From a virus: a stretch of 12,290 nt of DNA. Position numbers and translations under genes: made by a program. Below the pieces are notes generated by a model, which worked only from the letters and a program-made list of their open reading frames with translations, searched no databases and was not told the origin of the DNA. The stretch spans positions 1 to 12,290 of IMG/VR virus record IMGVR_UViG_3300009285_000039. One strand, given 5' to 3'. How positions within the stretch are numbered: position 1 is the first letter of the stretch; each line of letters opens with the position of its first letter. Positions 5,480 through 11,166 of the stretch are shown here, piece by piece.

Positions 5480-5863
5480 ATGGCTGTTACTTATGCTTTA
5501 GCTACGGAAATGGTATATAAGGCTGGTGCTAATGTAAATAGTACAGCGACTGCTGCAGCATATACTCTTGCTTTTGGCTTAATGGTTGAAGGAAATATTA
5601 ATACTGCTTCAGGGTATAATTGGTCTGATTGGTATACAGCGTATGCTGCTACTTATCCCGACGTGGCAGGGTTATTAGTTGATTGCGCAACAAATCTTGG
5701 AGCGATCTACATAATAAATTATGATATGAGCGGTTTTACTAATATTCAAGAGGCTGTTGCTAGGATTAACACATTGTATGCGTTGTATGTTTCTGAGATC
5801 GCATTATTGAAAGAGGAATCTAAGAAAGACTTTGTTCGACTAGGCGGGGGAACTTATCCATGA
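5480..5863 (+). CDS. Putative head-tail adaptor/connector-like protein (127 aa)
   Basis: The size, the alanine-rich helical N-terminus (YALATEMVYKAGANV...AAAYTLAFGLMVEGNIN) and the layout are reminiscent of gp6/gp15-type head-tail connector families. This rests on recognition and position only. Confidence 0.35.
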   Translation: MAVTYALATEMVYKAGANVNSTATAAAYTLAFGLMVEGNINTASGYNWSDWYTAYAATYPDVAGLLVDCATNLGAIYIINYDMSGFTNIQEAVARINTLYALYVSEIALLKEESKKDFVRLGGGTYP

Positions 5864-6486
5864 GCGGTGTACCACAAAATTTTCAGGCTATAAGCAGTGT
5901 GTTAGCGAATTATAATTTTGTAGACATAGCTTCAGGAACTGGATATATCAATTTTTATGCGGGTAAGACTGTGGATCTAGCATTATTATCTAATTTCACG
6001 TACTATTCTGACACGATAACTACTGATTTCACTGTTGCTAGTGCTGCGTATAATAAGATTGTTGATCAAGATTTTGATGTACTCCTTAATCGTCCTCTGG
6101 ATTTGAAGGGTTTAGGGATTGTTAATGTTCCAGTGTTTGGTTTGAGTAATCAAGTGCACTTATATGCTGTAGCTACTCTTAGGAAGTGGACTGGTGCTGT
6201 AGAGACGGATATAGTGAGCAATACTAGCAGTGTATTGGATTCTGCTGGATCAAGTTATAAGATGCTTGCTGTGGACTTAAATATTCCATTAACACATTTT
6301 AAAATCGGTGAATATCTTAGATTAACCATTGAGATTTGGGAAAAGACTACTGGCGCAGCATCTAGTGGTAAGTATGCTCATGATCCAAAGAATCGAACTA
6401 CTGGTTTGGGCACTGATGTGTGGGATAGTACTGGCGCGTGTCCTAGTCAATTATCTTTTCAGTGTCCTGTGAGGTTAAACTTATAA
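5860..6486 (+). CDS. Beta-rich protein of unknown function (208 aa), presumed virion component
   Basis: ATGA start/stop overlap with the upstream gene. The composition is beta-strand-like and I recognise no motif. Confidence 0.5.
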   Translation: MSGVPQNFQAISSVLANYNFVDIASGTGYINFYAGKTVDLALLSNFTYYSDTITTDFTVASAAYNKIVDQDFDVLLNRPLDLKGLGIVNVPVFGLSNQVHLYAVATLRKWTGAVETDIVSNTSSVLDSAGSSYKMLAVDLNIPLTHFKIGEYLRLTIEIWEKTTGAASSGKYAHDPKNRTTGLGTDVWDSTGACPSQLSFQCPVRLNL

Positions 6487-6488
6487 AA

Positions 6489-7577
6489 ATGGCGTACGGA
6501 TTATCAAACACAGCAACAGGGAATATGACAACTACAGTGACGGATGTTACCGTTACAGCGTTGAATACTGACGGATCTGGCGCGTCTAAGGAATCTTACT
6601 GGCAGAATACTAAGTGGAGCACTTATTGGGGATATTTTAATTGCATCCCAGAACTAAAATCTGCTCTCTTAATGAAGGCAACATGGGATGTAGGCAAAGG
6701 ATATACCACCGATCCTGCAACTGCTGTATTATTGGATAGTATTTCTGGGTGGGGTAAAGACACATTCCTGGATATTCTCTTTAATATGGATTTGATCTCT
6801 CGACTAGCTGGGGATGCATTCGCAGAAATTATTATGGATAAAAAGGCCGATACATTGCTAAATATTAAGGTGCTTGATCCTGGAAGTATAAAGATAGTCA
6901 CCGACGATAAGGGGATTATTAAGCGTTATGAACAGAATAGCAAGATCACTGGGAGTGTAATAACATTTAAGCCTGAACAAATATTTCATTTATCACACAA
7001 TAGATTAGCAGATCAGATTCATGGGATGAGCGATATTATCTCGATGGAAAACACCATCTTAGCCGAGCTTGAGAATTTTACTGATTTAAAAAAGATTATG
7101 CACCGTCAAGCACGTCCAATGATCATGTTCAAATTAGGCACTGATGATCCAGCAAAGATCTCTGCGTTCGTTGCTAAGATGGATCAAGCTGTGAATAAGG
7201 GTGAAAACATTTATATTCCTGACGATAAGAACACCGTTTCCTACGAAGTAATCCAAGTAGACGTAGGTGCTAGCGTTATGGCGTGGCGTGAGGATATCAG
7301 GAACAAGTTTTATCGTACTCTAGGACTGCCACTTATAGTGTTTGGCAGCTCTGGAAGTACGGAAAGCGGTGGAAAGATAGAGTATCTCGCTCATGAGCAA
7401 GTATTTAGTCATGACCAAAAGTTTATAGAAGAGCAAATCTGGAATCAACTCTACTTGAGAATTAAACTTAATTCTCCTGTAACTCTTCTAGAAAACTTGC
7501 AGAAGGATCAATCTAAGGATGCTAATCAGGGTATGGAAATGCAACAGAGTGATATTACTGCTGGGAGTGGTGCATAA
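6489..7577 (+). CDS. Portal protein (362 aa from ATG 6489)
   Basis: The segment AGDAFAEII..LNIKVLDPGSIKIV.DDKGIIKRYEQ....ITFKPEQIFHLSHNRLADQIHGMSDI...LENFTDLKKIMHRQARPMIMFKLG matches the conserved core layout of HK97/SPP1-type portals. It lies downstream of terL. The GTG start at 6462 would overlap the upstream gene and lacks an SD. Confidence 0.75.
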   Translation: MAYGLSNTATGNMTTTVTDVTVTALNTDGSGASKESYWQNTKWSTYWGYFNCIPELKSALLMKATWDVGKGYTTDPATAVLLDSISGWGKDTFLDILFNMDLISRLAGDAFAEIIMDKKADTLLNIKVLDPGSIKIVTDDKGIIKRYEQNSKITGSVITFKPEQIFHLSHNRLADQIHGMSDIISMENTILAELENFTDLKKIMHRQARPMIMFKLGTDDPAKISAFVAKMDQAVNKGENIYIPDDKNTVSYEVIQVDVGASVMAWREDIRNKFYRTLGLPLIVFGSSGSTESGGKIEYLAHEQVFSHDQKFIEEQIWNQLYLRIKLNSPVTLLENLQKDQSKDANQGMEMQQSDITAGSGA

Positions 7578-8507
7578 ATGGCAAACTATAAAGAGTATAT
7601 GGGAAATCAGGTGAGCAAATTCTTACCTAAAACAAAAAAGAAATCAGTTACCCTCCCAGAGAAGGAGAATACCCCACTTCCCGATCCTAGAATGCAGGGA
7701 AGCATGAAATCATTATATGAGGATATTAAGAAGAATAAGTCTGCTCCTGAAGGTTATCATAAAGCTGGGACTTATGCTTCAGATTATAAGCCAATCATAG
7801 AGCCTACAGTTAGAGAGAAGGTGCAGGCAACTATTGATCAAGCAAATTTAAAGAAACAGATGGAGACAGAACAGGCAACCCCAAATGTTTCTCAAGAACA
7901 ATTATCACAGCTCGGACAATTAACACCTGAACAGCAAGCAGTAGCTAATAGTAATTCTAAACTAGCAGGTAAATTTAATCTTGGTGCTGTTGGTGCGGCT
8001 GTTGCTGAACGTGCAAGTATAGGTGCTGTTACTGGAGCAGTAGGCGGTGCAGGTATTGGCGCATTGGCTGGCGGTGTTGGTGCAGTTCCTGGAGCTGTGG
8101 CTGGTGGTATTGGTGGGGCTGCGGTTGGGACTATTAGTGCATTCTTTACAGGTTTTAAAGATGTCAATTATGATAATATCGCAGGGATAGATAGTAATGT
8201 TGCTAATGCTAAATGGAAGATAAATAATGCTGCTTCAATAGCGTTAAAAGGTGCGAGTTATGAGGATGTGAAAAAGGAAGTAGGTGATAGTATAGCACAA
8301 CTTGATCTTGCTGAACGTCAATATAAGCGTGCTAGTAAGAATGTTTATGCTGAGAGAACTCATACTATGCAGAAGATGGAGGATATTATTAAGTATCGAA
8401 GGGATATTCTTCCTGATAAGATATTGCGTGTAGAGTTAGCACTACAGAGACCTAATCCTTCAGGGATAGATAATGGAGTTGATGAGGTAGGTGTGACTTA
8501 TGGTTGA
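7578..8507 (+). CDS. Protein with a basic N-terminus, a central glycine-zipper hydrophobic block and a C-terminal helical region (309 aa); scaffold-like or ejection/pilot-like
   Basis: GAVGAAVAERASIGAVTGAVGGAGIGALAGGVGAVPGAVAGGIGGAAVGTISAFFTGF is a long GxxxG/AxxxG run. The gene is immediately downstream of the portal. SD GGAGTGGTG is present. Confidence 0.55.
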   Translation: MANYKEYMGNQVSKFLPKTKKKSVTLPEKENTPLPDPRMQGSMKSLYEDIKKNKSAPEGYHKAGTYASDYKPIIEPTVREKVQATIDQANLKKQMETEQATPNVSQEQLSQLGQLTPEQQAVANSNSKLAGKFNLGAVGAAVAERASIGAVTGAVGGAGIGALAGGVGAVPGAVAGGIGGAAVGTISAFFTGFKDVNYDNIAGIDSNVANAKWKINNAASIALKGASYEDVKKEVGDSIAQLDLAERQYKRASKNVYAERTHTMQKMEDIIKYRRDILPDKILRVELALQRPNPSGIDNGVDEVGVTYG

Positions 8508-8688
8508 AATAAATTATCGTATAGTAATCGCAGGCATGGTATGTCTCACACTTATATATATCGCATTGCTATTAACTGAGCATGTAGATGGAACAATAGG
8601 CGCAATGATCGTAGGATTAATAGGTATTGCGATGGGAGTGGTTATTCCATCACCAAAAATCGATAGGCGAGGGGTGTTAAAATGGTAG
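8500..8688 (+). CDS. 62-aa protein with two predicted transmembrane helices
   Basis: IVIAGMVCLTLIYIALLL and IGAMIVGLIGIAMGVVI are separated by the short polar loop TEHVDGT. SD GAGGTAGGTG is present, and the gene has an ATGGTTGA overlap with the upstream gene. Confidence 0.55.
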   Translation: MVEINYRIVIAGMVCLTLIYIALLLTEHVDGTIGAMIVGLIGIAMGVVIPSPKIDRRGVLKW

Positions 8689-8942
8689 AAGAACAAAAGA
8701 AAGATTTAGACATTATTGATAAGGCACATCTAGCAGCTGAAAGACTAGAAATGGCAAACAGAGTAAAGAAAGAGTTATTAGATCGCGAAGAAGAACTAGA
8801 GAAACGCATGGAAGGAAGAAGACTACTAGGCGGTGAATCAGCTGCAGGCATGCCAACTAGGGAATTGACAGAAGAAGAAAAGATGCAGATAGGACTAAAG
8901 ACATACTGGAAGGGCACAGCACTAGAAGGAGTGTTTAAATGA
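8682..8942 (+). CDS. 86-aa charged helical protein, candidate scaffolding protein
   Basis: Glu/Lys/Arg-rich helical sequence (AAERLEMANRVKKELLDREEELEKRMEGRR). It lies upstream of the decoration-like and capsid genes, and the MCP lacks an N-terminal delta-like extension. Confidence 0.4.
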   Translation: MVEEQKKDLDIIDKAHLAAERLEMANRVKKELLDREEELEKRMEGRRLLGGESAAGMPTRELTEEEKMQIGLKTYWKGTALEGVFK

Positions 8943-9094
8943 TTCCAGTAGAAGAATGGCGAACAGGCCTAAAGGCCTGGCAGAATATAAAGAAACAATC
9001 AGAGATAGACGGGGAACAAGCAGACTTAATAATCCCCGTAATAGAACAAAAAATAATGGAGCTAGAAGCTCAAGAGGTAAAAGATGGCAAATGA
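8939..9094 (+). CDS. 51-aa hypothetical helical protein (MIPVEEWRTGLKAWQNIKKQSEIDGEQADLIIPVIEQKIMELEAQEVKDGK)
   Basis: Hand translation. ATGA overlap with the upstream stop, and an 11-nt overlap with the downstream gene. Confidence 0.35.
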   Translation: MIPVEEWRTGLKAWQNIKKQSEIDGEQADLIIPVIEQKIMELEAQEVKDGK

Positions 9095-9476
9095 AGCAGT
9101 ATGTTTAATTGCACCAACAAAGTTTCACACTTACACTGTGGCAGATGGTGCTGGAATAGCAAAAGGCACACTCCTTGCATTGACAGATCCAAACACTGCG
9201 GCAGCGTCAAGTGCTGATAATGACGTGTTTGCAGGTATTGCAATGGAAGAAAAGGTAGCTAGTGATGGTATAGTAAGAATGACCGCAGCACTTGATGGCG
9301 TATGGGCTTTAGTAGCTACAGCCGCAGGGATCACAGTAGGCAACCAAGTAACAGTAGGTGGAGCAAACACAGTGAAGGTATACACTACACTTGATGATGA
9401 GAAGGGCTATGTCGTAGGACGAGCACTAGAAACGACAGCTGGTAGCGAATCAATAATGGTTCGCTTAGGGTGGTAA
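9084..9476 (+). CDS. Head decoration / capsid-cement-like protein (DUF2190-like), 130 aa
   Basis: The size, the position immediately upstream of the MCP, and the pattern VFAGIAMEE..DG.V..TAALDGVWAL......ITVGNQVTV....VKV.......GYVVGRALETTAGSESIMVRL resemble the small beta-rich family usually found next to HK97-type capsid genes. Confidence 0.55.
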   Translation: MANEAVCLIAPTKFHTYTVADGAGIAKGTLLALTDPNTAAASSADNDVFAGIAMEEKVASDGIVRMTAALDGVWALVATAAGITVGNQVTVGGANTVKVYTTLDDEKGYVVGRALETTAGSESIMVRLGW

Positions 9477-9479
9477 AAA

Positions 9480-10364
9480 ATGGCAGACACAGTAGGAGAA
9501 CAAGATTTGAGAGCAGAATACATCGACGCAACAATCAAAGCAATAGCGTTGAGAGAATATGTCCTAAAAGACTTATGCACAATAGAATCGTCTAGCGCAT
9601 GGACTGAGACATATTATAGGGAGACAAATACTGATCCAACGGACCAGACAACAGGTGGCGGAGCATTTGTCAAGATTAAGGGTATCCCTAGACTATCACC
9701 ATTCCCATTCGGACAAGCAAGCTGGACAAAGGTATCAGGTATCAATCAGAAGTATGGAGCAGAAGGCTTAGTGTCTTATGAGGATGAGTTGATGAGCAAT
9801 ATCAGCGTAATCCAGAGAACAATGCTAAGAGTAGCTAGGGCACCTGTTTTGGCTGTGGATAGCGATATTGCAGCATTAATGCTTGCATCGGCTGGTAATG
9901 TTGTTACTATAGGTGCTGGTAATGAGTGGAATAGTGCGACGGTAGCCAATAGGTTACCAATCAAAGACATCCTAGATGCTATACAATTGATTAGGGCAGA
10001 CAACCTAAACGCACTAGGTGGAAACGGGTACTTATGCGTTAATGGTACAGACTACACAAACCTAATAAGCAATAGTCAGGTAGTGAATAATCCGACATTC
10101 AAGAGCGGAGTATTAGAGAATGGTGTAGTCGGAGAACTTTGCGGACTAAAGATTAAGGTCACAGAATCCTTAGAATTTGGTACTCCTGATAAGGCATATG
10201 TTGTGATAGCAAAAGAGGCTATGACATGGAAAACAGTTGTCCCCCTAACTACTATGACAATAGTTGATCCTGGAATCAAAAAGACAATCAGGGCATGGGA
10301 GTTAGGACAAGCCCAGATGGTTGTACCAAATGCTGTTGCAAGAATAGACAATACGAGGGCTTAA
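9480..10364 (+). CDS. Major capsid protein, probable HK97 fold (294 aa)
   Basis: Its size, its position after the scaffold-like and decoration-like genes, the strong SD (GGGTGGT) and a mixed alpha/beta sequence are typical of tailed-virus MCPs. An oligo-T terminator follows shortly downstream, consistent with a highly expressed unit. Confidence 0.7.
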   Translation: MADTVGEQDLRAEYIDATIKAIALREYVLKDLCTIESSSAWTETYYRETNTDPTDQTTGGGAFVKIKGIPRLSPFPFGQASWTKVSGINQKYGAEGLVSYEDELMSNISVIQRTMLRVARAPVLAVDSDIAALMLASAGNVVTIGAGNEWNSATVANRLPIKDILDAIQLIRADNLNALGGNGYLCVNGTDYTNLISNSQVVNNPTFKSGVLENGVVGELCGLKIKVTESLEFGTPDKAYVVIAKEAMTWKTVVPLTTMTIVDPGIKKTIRAWELGQAQMVVPNAVARIDNTRA

Positions 10365-10366
10365 AG

Positions 10367-10546
10367 ATGTCAGAAGACATACTCTATCCTAAGTCTTTAG
10401 TGCTTCCAGTATTAACCACAGCAGTCATAGATACATTAGTGGCAGATGTAGGCACAATAGTTTATGATGCTACAAAGAATAAGATATCTGTATGCGTGAC
10501 TAAGGCTGCTGGTGCTGGTAATTGGGAAGACGTAACAAGCGCATAA
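10367..10546 (+). CDS. 59-aa protein (MSEDILYPKSLVLPVLTTAVIDTLVADVGTIVYDATKNKISVCVTKAAGAGNWEDVTSA)
   Basis: ATG 10367 lies 2 nt after the MCP stop, with GAGGG upstream. The track start at 10295 would overlap the MCP gene. The G-x-I-V-Y-D-x-T-x-N-K...W motif resembles fibre or glycine-rich repeat units of phage tail and head fibres (weak). Confidence 0.45.
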   Translation: MSEDILYPKSLVLPVLTTAVIDTLVADVGTIVYDATKNKISVCVTKAAGAGNWEDVTSA

Positions 10547-10568
10547 TTTATTTTTTTTATATTTTTTT
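10547..10568 (+). terminator. Oligo-T block (TTT-A-T8-AT-A-T7), a candidate hairpin-less (archaeal-type) terminator, with a possible internal promoter region
   Basis: Read directly. It is the only long non-coding T-rich gap inside the rightward arm and is followed by GAGGTG plus ATG 10581. Confidence 0.4.
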
Positions 10569-10580
10569 GAGGTGTTCAAA

Positions 10581-10955
10581 ATGTCGGATGTGAAACAAAT
10601 ATTTGGAATCAGAGAATCAAGCGGTATGCTTGTCAGACCTGAGAGGCAGTCTATAGAGCAGACTGAAGATTATGCTTTTAAGCAGGTGATTCATACTAAA
10701 GAATTATACGTTAATGGTGCAGCCATAGCAGGCGCAGGAAATATTCATGAGCCAACAACATATCGAGGCACAGACTTTGCTGGAGTTAATCCCAACAAGA
10801 CATTAACACATTCTAGGACGCTACCTGTTTCTATGCAATTATTTATTGGTGGGCGTATGATGATCAGAACCGTTGAGTATACCATAGCTGGTGCTGTGAT
10901 CTCAATGGTTGATGTAACTATTGATGACGACGATTACGTCGTGGTGTGTGATTAG
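10581..10955 (+). CDS. 124-aa protein of unknown function, presumed structural
   Basis: SD GAGGTG lies 6 nt upstream of ATG 10581. The GTG start at 10572 falls inside the SD itself. I recognise no motif. Confidence 0.5.
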   Translation: MSDVKQIFGIRESSGMLVRPERQSIEQTEDYAFKQVIHTKELYVNGAAIAGAGNIHEPTTYRGTDFAGVNPNKTLTHSRTLPVSMQLFIGGRMMIRTVEYTIAGAVISMVDVTIDDDDYVVVCD

Positions 10956-10956
10956 A

Positions 10957-11160
10957 ATGAGAAGGACTATAATCTTTTTGATGCTTGCATTATTGCTTAT
11001 AGGATCTGTGTTGGCTATTGCGTTCACTCCTAAGGGTGATGTGAATCTTCAGAGGTATTATAAGATAATCAATGCTACAGGAATATCTCTAGTGAATGGG
11101 AATATTACTGGCGTGAATTGTGTGATCTACCAGTCTGGCGGGATGGATTGTTCGGGATAA
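10957..11160 (+). CDS. 67-aa exported or membrane-anchored small protein
   Basis: From ATG 10957, MRRTIIFLMLALLLIGSVLAIAF has a classical n-region, h-region and AxA-like layout of a Sec signal peptide or N-terminal anchor. The track start at 10921 overlaps the upstream gene. Confidence 0.5.
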   Translation: MRRTIIFLMLALLLIGSVLAIAFTPKGDVNLQRYYKIINATGISLVNGNITGVNCVIYQSGGMDCSG

Positions 11161-11166
11161 GATCCT

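Noticed and set aside
1332-10351. Antisense or overlapping ORFs in the track: 1332..1535+, 2307..2576+, 3038..3235+, 4051..4263-, 6623..6901-, 7892..8167-, 8514..8696-, 8642..8917-, 9131..9385-, 9776..10003-, 10076..10351-
   Set aside because: Each lies wholly inside a longer, motif-supported or operon-consistent gene on the other strand. They lack SD motifs and have biased, low-complexity translations; for example, the Pro/Ala-rich 7892..8167 mirrors the Gly/Ala-rich zipper.
6462-10956. Longer N-terminal extensions suggested by the ORF track (GTG 6462 for the portal, 10295 for the 59-aa ORF, GTG 10572, 10921)
   Set aside because: Each extension overlaps the preceding gene or sits on the SD itself. 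The downstream ATGs (6489, 10367, 10581, 10957) have better spacing to SD-like motifs and, for 10957, yield a proper signal-peptide n-region.
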